Program-made: the position numbers and the translations under genes
Notes under the pieces: generated by a model
What the model was told of the DNA's origin: nothing
The model's input: only the letters and a program-made list of their open reading frames with translations
The model's database searches: none
Assembly: GCA_025457615.1 (NCBI GenBank)
Contig: JALOTZ010000005.1
Coordinates: 10,216 to 74,215 of the forward strand
DNA: 64,000 nucleotides
DNA from: Verrucomicrobiota bacterium
GTDB taxonomy: Bacteria; Verrucomicrobiota; Verrucomicrobiia; Limisphaerales; DSYF01
Direction of reading: 5' to 3'
Part shown: positions 45,420 to 54,416 of the stretch, in pieces
Layout: every line of letters begins with the position of its first letter
Numbering within the stretch: the stretch's first letter is position 1

Positions 45420-45460
45420 GATCCGACGGATCCGACCGATCCGACGGATCAGACCGATCA
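45420..45460. repeat. 9-bp tandem repeat (GATCCGACS) x4.5
   Basis: gatccgacg gatccgacc gatccgacg gatcagacc gatca. Five GATC sites at 9-bp spacing. The last unit overlaps the jag stop codon. Confidence 0.9.
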
Positions 45461-45907
45461 ATGTTTCGGACGGAGGAGAATGGCCTTTTTCTCGGTGCCT
45501 TCGACGGGGACGCTTTGAGTTTCGATGCCGGGATCGTCCTTGAGGGCCTGGTGGATGATGCGGCGGTCGAAGGCGCTCATGGGCTCCAGCTCCACCACAT
45601 CGCCCCAGCGATGGACTTTGAGGGCGGCGTCCTGGGCTTTCTTGACCAGCGCCTCGCGGGCCTGGGCGCGGTAACCCGCCACGTCCACCATGGCCTTGGG
45701 CGCCTCCTTGTCCTGCTGGAACAACAGCCGGTTCAAGACGTATTGCAAATCGGACAGCGTCTGGCCCTGCCGGCCGATCAGGCGGCCGGAGTCCGCCGTT
45801 TTCACATCCAGGAGGATGCCGTCCTCGAGTTGATGCTGCTCGACTTCGGCGTCAAAACCGAGCAATTCGAGCAGCTTGGCCAGCGTGATCTTGGGTTCTG
45901 CGGACAT
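45458..45907 (-). CDS. jag: Jag/KhpB RNA-binding protein (KH + R3H domains)
   Basis: LIGRQGQTLSDLQYV (KH) and MSAFDRRIIHQAL (R3H). Sits immediately downstream of yidC. Confidence 0.85.
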   Translation of the reverse strand: MSAEPKITLAKLLELLGFDAEVEQHQLEDGILLDVKTADSGRLIGRQGQTLSDLQYVLNRLLFQQDKEAPKAMVDVAGYRAQAREALVKKAQDAALKVHRWGDVVELEPMSAFDRRIIHQALKDDPGIETQSVPVEGTEKKAILLRPKH

Positions 45908-45940
45908 GGTGCCTTGAGGGATGTCTGGAACGGATCGCGC

Positions 45941-47740
45941 TCAAGGGCGGCGGCGTTTGGCGGGCCGCGGGTCGGGTGCCGCCGGAGCCGGGGCTGGGAG
46001 CGGTTCGTTCATCTTCGTCAGCTTGGTTTGGAGAATGGTGAGCAAGTTTTGCACAGTCCAATACAGGGTCAAGCCCGCCGAATAGTTGTAAAGGAACACG
46101 AGGAACATCAGCGGCATGTAACGCATCATCTTCTGCTGGACCGGATCCATGCCCGGCGAAGGCGGGGTCAACCGGGCCTGCACGAGCATGGTGACGCCCA
46201 TGACCAGGGGCAGCAGGTTGAAGGGGAAATGGAAACCCGGGATCATGAAGAGGGTATCCGGCTGGGCCAGGTCCTTGACCCAGAGGAACCGGGCCCCGCG
46301 CAGCTCGATGGCGCTGCGGATCATCTTGAAGAAACCGAAGAACACCGGGATCTGAAGGAGCATCGGCAGGCAGCCGCCCAGCGGACTGACCTTGTTCTCC
46401 CGCATGAACTCCATGAGCTTCTTGTTCATCTTGGCCGGGTCATCCTTGAACTTGTCCTGGAGGGCCTTCATTTGTGGCTGGAGGGCCTGCATCCGCTTCA
46501 TGGACCGTGTGCTCGCCTGGGTCAGCGGCCAGAACACCAGCTTGATGATGACGGTGATGACGATGATCGCCATGCCGTAGCCGAACTTGAAGGTGTCGTT
46601 GAGCAGGTTCATGCCCAGCAACAGGCCCTTGGCGAAGAAGCCGAAGAACCCGCCGTAGCCCATCACCAGGTCCAGTTCATTGCCGAAGTCATCGGCCAGA
46701 CGCGCCAGCCGGCGGTATTCCTTCGGCCCGGCATAGAAGTGGTAGGACTCGGTCACCGAAGCCCCCGGCGGCAAGGACCGGGCCGGGCGCACCATCGAGG
46801 TGAGGTAGGCCTCCGGGTTCCGGTTCAGGCGCGTGTCCCGACTGAGCTCGTCGGGCGCGGGTTTCGGCAACGCCTGCTTGCGAATGAGCAACGCCGGCGC
46901 GTTGGTCTCCGGGATGGTCGCAAGGGTGAAGAACTGGTTGTGCACGGCGGCCCAGACCACGTCGGCATTCCCGCCGGCATACTCGCTGCGCGGCGTTCCG
47001 GGAAGACAGCCCAGGGTCCGATTGGCAAACCAAGCCGCCATGATGTCGGTGGTCTTGCGGCCATCGAACCAGAGCACCCCGACCTCCTGTCCCTTGTCGC
47101 GCGCGCTCAACGGGGTGGCGGCGCCGACGGACACCTCGTGCGCGGGCAGGGTGATCGCGGTGTCTGAACGATTCTCGAAGCGCACGAGCGCGGTGAAGAC
47201 GTAGTTCGAGGCGAACTGGTACTCCTTCACCACCGCGAGTCCGCCGGGCCAGGCCGCCTCGGCACGCACGCCGCCCGCCGTCTGCGTCAGCGCATAGCTG
47301 CGTCCCTGCAACGCCGCCGCTCCCAACAGATCCAGCACCGGCCAATCCACGCCCGCGTTGAGGGAAACGACACCATTGCTGCCGGCGTCCTGGGTGCCGG
47401 CGGCGGCGTATTCGGGATAGCCCAGGAGATCAATGCGACGCAGGCCGCCGCCGTGCGAGGTGAAGACATAGCGGACGTTGTCATGCACCACCTCGAGCGA
47501 TTCCTCCGGCTCCTCGGGATGCACCGTGGGGGCGACGGGTTCGGAGACCTGGGACAAAACGTTGGTCAGGGCCGTCTGCGTGGGTGTGACTTCCGACGGA
47601 GCCGCGCCCACGGCCGGGCTGGCCTGGTGGGTCGCGCCGGGCGGCAGCGGCCGGGTCAGGTACTTCGGCACCAACACGGTGGTCCAGAGAATCATCAACC
47701 CGACGCAGGCGACGATGACAATGATGGCTTTGCGGTCCAT
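45941..47740 (-). CDS. yidC: membrane protein insertase YidC
   Basis: N-terminal TM helix, large periplasmic domain and a C-terminal conserved core (GGCLPMLLQIPVFFGFF...AGLTLYW). Confidence 0.95.
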   Translation of the reverse strand: MDRKAIIVIVACVGLMILWTTVLVPKYLTRPLPPGATHQASPAVGAAPSEVTPTQTALTNVLSQVSEPVAPTVHPEEPEESLEVVHDNVRYVFTSHGGGLRRIDLLGYPEYAAAGTQDAGSNGVVSLNAGVDWPVLDLLGAAALQGRSYALTQTAGGVRAEAAWPGGLAVVKEYQFASNYVFTALVRFENRSDTAITLPAHEVSVGAATPLSARDKGQEVGVLWFDGRKTTDIMAAWFANRTLGCLPGTPRSEYAGGNADVVWAAVHNQFFTLATIPETNAPALLIRKQALPKPAPDELSRDTRLNRNPEAYLTSMVRPARSLPPGASVTESYHFYAGPKEYRRLARLADDFGNELDLVMGYGGFFGFFAKGLLLGMNLLNDTFKFGYGMAIIVITVIIKLVFWPLTQASTRSMKRMQALQPQMKALQDKFKDDPAKMNKKLMEFMRENKVSPLGGCLPMLLQIPVFFGFFKMIRSAIELRGARFLWVKDLAQPDTLFMIPGFHFPFNLLPLVMGVTMLVQARLTPPSPGMDPVQQKMMRYMPLMFLVFLYNYSAGLTLYWTVQNLLTILQTKLTKMNEPLPAPAPAAPDPRPAKRRRP

Positions 47741-47743
47741 GGC

Positions 47744-48061
47744 TCAGTGAGGGGTGGCGGCGAGCGTGATGCGGGGGGGGCCGCAGCGGTGGGTTGGGTC
47801 CGAACACTCCGGCGCGTGGGCGGTCGGGACGGGGTCATGTCCACACCCGCCCCAGGGATGGCAACGGCCGATGCGCTTCAAGGCCAGCCAGCTTCCGCGG
47901 AATGGTCCATGCCCCTGGATAGCCTGCAGGGCATAAACGGAGCAGGTCGGGTCAAAACGGCATCCCCCCAACGGCCCAAAGACCGTCGTCAGCACCGGGG
48001 AGAGGAAACGCCGGTAGAGACGGATCAGCGCGATCAGCAGCCATTGAAGCAACGGGCGCAT
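47744..48061 (-). CDS. yidD: membrane protein insertion efficiency factor YidD
   Basis: Start placed at [33 protein letters not shown] and RCHPW motifs. Confidence 0.88.
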   Translation of the reverse strand: MRPLLQWLLIALIRLYRRFLSPVLTTVFGPLGGCRFDPTCSVYALQAIQGHGPFRGSWLALKRIGRCHPWGGCGHDPVPTAHAPECSDPTHRCGPPRITLAATPH

Positions 48062-48435
48062 CAGGTGCCAGTCTTGAGCAACCCCGCCTTGCGGGCGGTC
48101 GCGAGGAACTCGTGTTCCACCTGGATGAATGACTTGCCGGCAATGGAAGGGCGGGCCACCAGAACCAGGTCCACCGGACGGGCCAGTTCGAGTTGATGGC
48201 GGCGGAACGATTCCCGGAGGAGTCTCCGGGCCCGGCTGCGCGCCACCGCATTGCCCAGCTTGCGGGTGGTGATCACCCCCAGGCGGCTTTGGGATTCGGG
48301 AGGCAGTGGCATCCAGTTGGCAATCAGACAGCCGTGTGCCAGTCGCCGACCCCCTTGTCGAACCCGGGCGAAGTCCCGGCTGCAACGCATTCGCCGGTCA
48401 CGCCCCAACGACAATCGCTGCGGGGCGGGGGTCAC
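48061..48435 (-). CDS. rnpA: ribonuclease P protein component
   Basis: Basic 124-aa protein with the RNR-like motif ([21 protein letters not shown]), lying between rpmH and yidD. Confidence 0.85.
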   Translation of the reverse strand: MTPAPQRLSLGRDRRMRCSRDFARVRQGGRRLAHGCLIANWMPLPPESQSRLGVITTRKLGNAVARSRARRLLRESFRRHQLELARPVDLVLVARPSIAGKSFIQVEHEFLATARKAGLLKTGT

Positions 48436-48439
48436 GGAT

Positions 48440-48577
48440 CTAGACCGGGGTCAGGCGTTTGCGGCCGACGCGGCGACGGTTGGCCAGGATGGCTTTGCCG
48501 CTCTTGCTGCGGTTGCGGGCGAGGAAACCATGCTGCCGTTTGCGAGTCCTCTTGGATGGTTGATACTGGCGCTTCAT
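48440..48577 (-). CDS. rpmH: 50S ribosomal protein L34
   Basis: [45 protein letters not shown]. Confidence 0.95.
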   Translation of the reverse strand: MKRQYQPSKRTRKRQHGFLARNRSKSGKAILANRRRVGRKRLTPV

Positions 48578-48767
48578 AATCGGTTGAAATTCTCCACACC
48601 GTCCGGGTGCCCCGGACAGCCCTGAAACCGGCTGATTTCCGGAGCGCGGCAGGGTAACAACGAACGGAGGCGAGTCAAGCGAGGGAATCGAATGGAACAA
48701 GGGTTGAAACCCGGGGCGCTTTGGCCGAGATTCGCCCCCGGCCCCGGGCCGTCACCCAAACCACCTC

Positions 48768-50792
48768 ATGAGTCGAATCATCGGCATCGATCTGGGCACC
48801 ACCCACTCACTGGTGGCGGTGGTCGAATCCGGCATCCCCCTGGTCATCGCCGATGCCGAAGGGCGGCGCCTTACCCCGTCCGTCGTCCATTACCCGGCCT
48901 CGGGCGAACCGCCCGTGGTCGGTCACGCCGCCCGGCGCGTCCGCGCCCTGCACCCGCGGGAAACCATCGCTTCGGTGAAGCGGTTCATGGGACGTCGCGG
49001 ACTGGACCTGACCCCGGAGGAACGCCGGCTGCCCTACGTGGTCAATGTCGCAGATCCGGCGGCGGTGACCTTCGATCTGGGAACCCGCACACTGACGCCC
49101 GAGGAGGTGTCGGCCGAGATCCTGCGCAAGCTCAAGCGCGATGCCGAGGGGTTCCTCGGGGAACCGGTGCACCGCGCGGTGATCACCGTGCCGGCCTATT
49201 TCAACGACGCCCAGCGCAGCGCCACCAAGCGAGCCGGCGAACGGGCCGGGTTCACCGTGGAACGCATCCTCAACGAACCCACCGCCGCCGCGCTGGCCTA
49301 CGGACTGAACCGGCTGAAGGAGAAGTCGAAGGTGGCCGTGTACGACCTGGGCGGCGGCACATTCGACCTTTCCATCCTCGAACTGCACGAAGGGGTGTTC
49401 CGTGTGCTCGCCACCCACGGCAACACACAACTCGGCGGGGACGACCTGGACGCCGCACTGGTCCGGTTTCTGGCGGGCAAGATCGGGGGCTGGGTGGAAC
49501 GGTTGAGCCAGGAAGGTGTTGAATGGGGGAAGGGGAGCGCCGTTGAACCGGTCCGATCCAACCCGGTGGGTTCCCCAGGCGACGATTCCACGATTCAACC
49601 GGGTCACGATTCAGCCACTCACTCATCCCCGAACGTCCTCGCCCGCCTGCGCGAGGCCGCCGAGCAGGCCAAGATCCGGCTGAGCGAGGAAAACGCGGTC
49701 GAGATTTCCCTGCCTTTCCTCACGCCGGACCGCAGTTTTCACCATAGGCTGACGCGCGATGAACTGGAGGAACTCACGCGGGGCCTCCTCGAGCGCACGC
49801 GGACGCATTGCCTGCGTTCGCTGGCCGATGCCCGGCTGGAGCCCCAGGACCTGGACCAGGTGATCCTGGTCGGTGGACAGACCCGCATGCCGCTGGTGCG
49901 CCGCCTGGTTTCCAAGTGGTTTGGATGCGCCGAGTTCGAGGAAACGCGCGGCGCCCTTCGACTGGGGGCGGATTATCACCGCGCCGCGGGGCCGCAACTG
50001 AACACGGGCGTCAACCCGGACGAGGCGATTGCCCTGGGCGCGGCCATTCAAGCGGCGATCCTCGGGGGTGAGTTCAACCAGATGCTGCTGCTCGACGTCA
50101 CGCCTCTGTCGCTGGGCCTGGAGACGTTCGGCGGGTTGATGAACGTGATCATTCCCCGCAACTCAACCATTCCGGTCAAGGCCGGCGAAATGTTCACCAC
50201 CGCGGTGGACGGCCAGCGCGAGATGCTCATCCACGTCTTGCAGGGCGAGCGCGAGCGGGCCCGGGACAACTGGAGCCTGGGCCGCTTCACGCTCGAGTTT
50301 GACCCCGCCCCGCGCGGTGTGCCCCGGGTGGGCGTGCAGTTTGAGATCGACGCCAACGGCATCCTGCAGGTCCTGGCCCGCGACACCCGCACCGGCCGGC
50401 AGAACGTCGTGGATCTCAAGTCCGCCGTGGATGTGGACGACGCGGACGTTCAGCGGATGGTCGAGGAATCGGTGGATCACGCCTTCGAGGATCTGGCCGC
50501 CCGGCGCTGGGTCGAGGCCCGACTCAAGGCCCGCGCCCTGCTTTCCGCCACCCACAAGGGCCTCGAGGATTGCCAGGGAGAACTGGAGGCCAGCTACGCA
50601 GGCCGGCTGCGGGAAGCCGTCGCCGTGGTGCAGGCCATCCTGGACGCCGGGAATCCGGAAACGGAGACCGGCGATGTGAACGCCTTGCAAGCCGCCTGTG
50701 GACGACTCGATGAAATGTCCCGTCCGCTCGCCGACCTGCTCATGGACAAGGCCATGGAAGCCATTTTGCGGAAGCGTGGGTTGATCTCTTGA
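48768..50792 (+). CDS. Hsp70-family chaperone (HscA/DnaK paralog) with insertions
   Basis: IGIDLGTTHS, VITVPAYFND, DLGGGTFD and VILVGGQTRMP motifs, plus a substrate-binding domain (LLLDVTPLSLG). Confidence 0.88.
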   Translation: MSRIIGIDLGTTHSLVAVVESGIPLVIADAEGRRLTPSVVHYPASGEPPVVGHAARRVRALHPRETIASVKRFMGRRGLDLTPEERRLPYVVNVADPAAVTFDLGTRTLTPEEVSAEILRKLKRDAEGFLGEPVHRAVITVPAYFNDAQRSATKRAGERAGFTVERILNEPTAAALAYGLNRLKEKSKVAVYDLGGGTFDLSILELHEGVFRVLATHGNTQLGGDDLDAALVRFLAGKIGGWVERLSQEGVEWGKGSAVEPVRSNPVGSPGDDSTIQPGHDSATHSSPNVLARLREAAEQAKIRLSEENAVEISLPFLTPDRSFHHRLTRDELEELTRGLLERTRTHCLRSLADARLEPQDLDQVILVGGQTRMPLVRRLVSKWFGCAEFEETRGALRLGADYHRAAGPQLNTGVNPDEAIALGAAIQAAILGGEFNQMLLLDVTPLSLGLETFGGLMNVIIPRNSTIPVKAGEMFTTAVDGQREMLIHVLQGERERARDNWSLGRFTLEFDPAPRGVPRVGVQFEIDANGILQVLARDTRTGRQNVVDLKSAVDVDDADVQRMVEESVDHAFEDLAARRWVEARLKARALLSATHKGLEDCQGELEASYAGRLREAVAVVQAILDAGNPETETGDVNALQAACGRLDEMSRPLADLLMDKAMEAILRKRGLIS

Positions 50793-50802
50793 AGGCTTCC
50801 CT

Positions 50803-50955
50803 TCACCGGGCCCGGAAGCGGACGTCGGACAGGAACCAGATGAGGAGTCCCATGACGGCCATGACGACGAGGACGATCAGACACACAGCCACTTTGAGCC
50901 CATGTCGATGCCACGTCCGTCTCCAACCGTGGCGTATATGTGACCACCGCCCCAT
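50803..50955 (-). CDS. possible 50-aa small membrane protein (below the 60-aa size of the shortest ORFs in the supplied track)
   Basis: My own translation: MGRWSHIRHGWRRTWHRHGLKVAVCLIVLVVMAVMGLLIWFLSDVRFRAR. Basic N-terminus plus one TM helix. Lies 52 nt downstream of glmS on the same strand. Confidence 0.3.
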   Translation of the reverse strand: MGRWSHIRHGWRRTWHRHGLKVAVCLIVLVVMAVMGLLIWFLSDVRFRAR

Positions 50956-51007
50956 GGGCCCAGTTTAGGTCGGTTGCCCTGCACCGCAAGCCCTGTTTGG
51001 GTGTTCG

Positions 51008-52873
51008 CTACTCGACCGTGACGCTCTTGGCGAGGTTGCGCGGCTTGTCCACGTCGCAGCCGCGGGCGACGGCGATGTGGTAGGCAAGCAGTTGCAGCGG
51101 GATCACAGCCAGGAGGGGCCAGAGCTGTTCGAGGACGGGGGGCAGATAGATCACATCGTCCACCCGGCTGGCGATGCGTTTGTTGCCTTCGGTGGCCAGC
51201 GCGATGATTGGTCCCTGGCGCGCCTTGATTTCCTCCAGGTTGCTGAAGGTCTTCTCGTACAGCGAATCCGAGGGGGCCAGGAAGACCGTGGGGGTCTTCT
51301 CGTCAATCAGCGCGATGGGCCCGTGCTTCATTTCCGCGGCCGGATGCCCCTCGGCGTGGATGTAGGAGATCTCCTTGAGCTTGAGGGCGCCTTCCAAGGC
51401 GACCGGGTAGCTGTACTGGCGTCCAAGAAAGAAAAAATCCTCCGCCTGGGCATATTTCAGGGCGATCTTTTTGATCTGATCGTCCAGCGCGAGCACCTGC
51501 TCCATCTGCGGCGGGATCTGCTCCAGCGCCTTGAGGATCTGCAGGCCCTGGCGCGAGGACATCATGCGGATGCGGCCCATCAGCACCGCCATCAGGACCA
51601 GCACGGTCACCTGCGAGGTGAACGCCTTGGTGGAGGCCACCCCGATCTCCGGACCCGCGTGCAGGTACACCCCGCCGTCGGATTCCCGGGCGATGGTGCT
51701 GCCGACGGCGTTGACGATACCCAGGACCTTGTGGCCGCGCCGGCGCGACTCGCGCAACCCGGCCAGGGTGTCGGCGGTTTCACCCGACTGGCTGATGACG
51801 AGAGTGAGGGTGTTTTTCTCGATGGGGGCGTTGCGATAGCGGAACTCGCTGGCGTACTCGACCTCCACGGGCACATGCGCCAGGTCCTCGAACAGGTATT
51901 CCCCCACCAACGCCGCGTGCCAACTGGTGCCGCAACTCGGGATGACGATGCGGTCCACCGCGCGCAACTCCGCCGGGGTCAGGTTGAGTCCGCCGAGCTT
52001 CGCGGTGGCCTCCTCGAAATTGAGGCGCCCACGCAGCGTGTTCCGCACGGACTGCGGCTGCTCGAAGATTTCCTTGAGCATGAAATGGGGGTAACCGCCC
52101 TTCTCCACCGCCTCCTCCTCGAATTCCAACTGGCTGATCCGGAACTCGGCCGCCGCCGAATCCAGCCGCTCGACCTTGAAATCGCCGGCGCTGAGGGTCA
52201 CCACGTCCAGGTCATTCAGGTAAACCACCTGGCGGGTGTGCGCGACGATGGCGGCCGCGTCGCTGGCCAGGAAGTTCTCCTGGTGCCCCACGCCCACAAT
52301 CAACGGGGACCCCCGGCGGGCACCCACAAGGATGTCCGGATGATCCGTGCACAACACCGCGATGCCGTAGGTTCCGATGACTTCCTTCAAGGCGGACACC
52401 ACCGCCTTGGTGAGCGGGTGGGTTTGCCCGTTCTTCGGCGTCTCGGTCCTGAACGCCTCGTAGTGCTTGCCAATGAGATGCGCCAGCACCTCGGTGTCGG
52501 TGGCGGACTGGAAGGTGTGCCCCTCGCGGGTGAGCTCCTGTTTGAGATGATCGAAGTTCTCGATCACCCCGTTGTGCACCAAGGCGATGTGCGCACTTTG
52601 GTCGAGGTGCGGGTGCGAATTCTCATCCGACGGCGCTCCGTGCGTGGCCCAGCGGGTGTGGCCGATCCCGAGATGTCCGGACACCGCCTCCTGCTGCATC
52701 AACCGGGCGAGGCCTTCGTCGATCTTGCCCTTCTTCTTGCGCGTGAGCAGGCGGGCCTCGTTCAGGACGGCCACGCCGGCGCTGTCATAACCGCGGTATT
52801 CCAGGCGGCGCAAGCCGTCCAGCAGCACCGGCCCCGCCTGGCGTTTGCCCACGTATCCAATAATGCCACACAT
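51008..52873 (-). CDS. glmS: glutamine--fructose-6-phosphate aminotransferase
   Basis: MCGIIGYVG N-terminus, two SIS domains and a C-terminal KSVTVE. Confidence 0.97.
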   Translation of the reverse strand: MCGIIGYVGKRQAGPVLLDGLRRLEYRGYDSAGVAVLNEARLLTRKKKGKIDEGLARLMQQEAVSGHLGIGHTRWATHGAPSDENSHPHLDQSAHIALVHNGVIENFDHLKQELTREGHTFQSATDTEVLAHLIGKHYEAFRTETPKNGQTHPLTKAVVSALKEVIGTYGIAVLCTDHPDILVGARRGSPLIVGVGHQENFLASDAAAIVAHTRQVVYLNDLDVVTLSAGDFKVERLDSAAAEFRISQLEFEEEAVEKGGYPHFMLKEIFEQPQSVRNTLRGRLNFEEATAKLGGLNLTPAELRAVDRIVIPSCGTSWHAALVGEYLFEDLAHVPVEVEYASEFRYRNAPIEKNTLTLVISQSGETADTLAGLRESRRRGHKVLGIVNAVGSTIARESDGGVYLHAGPEIGVASTKAFTSQVTVLVLMAVLMGRIRMMSSRQGLQILKALEQIPPQMEQVLALDDQIKKIALKYAQAEDFFFLGRQYSYPVALEGALKLKEISYIHAEGHPAAEMKHGPIALIDEKTPTVFLAPSDSLYEKTFSNLEEIKARQGPIIALATEGNKRIASRVDDVIYLPPVLEQLWPLLAVIPLQLLAYHIAVARGCDVDKPRNLAKSVTVE

Positions 52874-52956
52874 AGGTTTTGTTGAGACTCTACAAGGTTG
52901 CAGCGTTCAATCCGCGATCCGCGGGCAGAGGGTCTTCTATCGCCCCCCGGCCCGGT

Positions 52957-53517
52957 TCAGGGCTGAATCGACTGCAATATCCATTCCGCGGCGGCCGTCA
53001 AATCGTCCACCACCACGGTCCGGCTGGCGTCCGAGCCGAGTTGTGCCTCGGTTTCCCGGCCGTAGCCTGTGCGCACGAGGATGCACTGCCGCACCCCGGC
53101 ATTCCAACCGCATTCCAGGTCCGCCTGCTTGTCGCCCACCATGCAACTGCGGGTCAGGTCCAGCCCGAAGGCGTCGCGGGCATCGAACAAGAACTGGGGC
53201 AGCGGTTTGCGTCCCCGGCTCGGTTGGTCCGGCGCCTCCGGAGCAAAATAGATCTGCTCGAATCGCACCCCTTCAGGGGCCAGGAGATCCAGAACCCGCT
53301 GGTTCACCCGGTGCATGTCGGCTTCGGTGTAATAGCCCCGACCAATCCCCGATTGGTTCGTGACCACGACCAGCCGGAGTCGGGCGTCCATCAGCCGACG
53401 CAGAGCCGCTCCGACTCCTGGAAAAATCTCCACCCCTGCAGGATCGCTCAGATACTCCTTCTCCACGATCAGGGTCCCGTCGCGATCCAGGAAAACAGCG
53501 GCGTGGGATGGGGGCAC
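52957..53517 (-). CDS. gmhB: D,D-heptose 1,7-bisphosphate phosphatase-like HAD-IIIA hydrolase
   Basis: AVFLDRDGT (DxDGT), VVVTNQSGIGRG and MVGDKQADLE. Start placed at in-frame GTG 53517, because the upstream part of the ORF runs through repeat copy B. Confidence 0.75.
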   Translation of the reverse strand: MPPSHAAVFLDRDGTLIVEKEYLSDPAGVEIFPGVGAALRRLMDARLRLVVVTNQSGIGRGYYTEADMHRVNQRVLDLLAPEGVRFEQIYFAPEAPDQPSRGRKPLPQFLFDARDAFGLDLTRSCMVGDKQADLECGWNAGVRQCILVRTGYGRETEAQLGSDASRTVVVDDLTAAAEWILQSIQP

Positions 53518-53778
53518 GCACCAGTCATATCCCAGCTCAACGACCTTGAAAACGGAAAAGTCCCATCGCTGAAAAATTCCTGTTGCCAAACTGTGACCTG
53601 TTCGTAACAATCCAGCCTGAAGTTCAGCAGCACGTTTCTTCAGCGGGGTTCCCCACCCCCACCTCCTTGGCGTCTGCTGACTGGGTTTGGCGGGGCGGTT
53701 CGGACTCCGGTTTGGACCGCCTCGCTTCCCGAAACCGCCTTCGCTCTTTCGGGGTAACCGTCGGTCCCGATCGGGTCC

Positions 53779-53892
53779 GCGACCCGCAGCGGCGGCGCCA
53801 AGCCAGGGGTCCACAAAGGTTCGCTCACCCATCCGCCCTGCGAGGCTGCTGCGGCTCATGGAGCCGCGGTCCTGCGCAACGGGTTCAGGGCC
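53779..53892 (-). repeat. dispersed structured intergenic repeat, copy B (left half only, inverted)
   Basis: The reverse complement matches the copy C core with about 3 mismatches over ~62 nt (GCGGCTCCATGAGCCGCAGCAGCCTCGCAGGGCGGATGGGTGAGCGAACCT.TGTGGAC.CC). Confidence 0.8.
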
Positions 53893-53925
53893 CCAACTCA
53901 CGTCCAGCTTGGGAAGTTTCCCCCT

Positions 53926-54285
53926 TCAGGAATCGTCCGAATGGTTGGAGAATTCGCTCCGGATCGGGGCGGACCCGAACACCACCCGAAGCAACGCTTT
54001 GTCATCAAGTTTGCGTCGGTGGAACTCGAACCGGACAACCCAGCCGGAACCCAGGGCCCCGTCAAGGTCCGCCCGCGCACATCCACGAATCATCTGCTCC
54101 CGACCGATCCGCTCGGGCAGCGAGGCGGTATCGGCATGATTCTCGGTCTCAAAGAAGTGCACCCGGACTTCCCCGGGGCCGGCCAAAATGGCAACGCCGC
54201 CATAGGCCAGTCGTCCCTCGGCATAAAACCCCCATCGCTTCACGACTCGCTCGTCCGGTTTGAAATCAATGGGGGCCATGGACAA
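53926..54285 (-). CDS. hypothetical protein, 119 aa
   Basis: Open frame with genome-typical codon bias, divergent from hypF. No recognisable motif. Confidence 0.4.
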   Translation of the reverse strand: MSMAPIDFKPDERVVKRWGFYAEGRLAYGGVAILAGPGEVRVHFFETENHADTASLPERIGREQMIRGCARADLDGALGSGWVVRFEFHRRKLDDKALLRVVFGSAPIRSEFSNHSDDS

Positions 54286-54416
54286 CGCGTTAATCTACGG
54301 AGTCGGAGCCGGAATGATTACCACAAAATCACAATTTCCAACGGGAAGATGTTGACTGGTTGTTCACAGGGCGGCGGGGAGGACTCGTCGATTGACACCC
54401 GTTCCAATCAACCACC

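Noticed and set aside
45420-45460. Whether the 9-bp tandem repeat could be a CRISPR array or coding repeat (DPTDPTDPTDQTDQ in ORF 44595..45518)
   Set aside because: The units are contiguous with no spacers and are far shorter than CRISPR repeats. The ORF that translates them is an antisense artefact.
48590-48598. TTCTCCACA, one mismatch from a DnaA box, next to rpmH (a classical oriC neighbourhood)
   Set aside because: It is a single imperfect box with no cluster, no AT-rich unwinding element and no dnaA or dnaN gene in the window.
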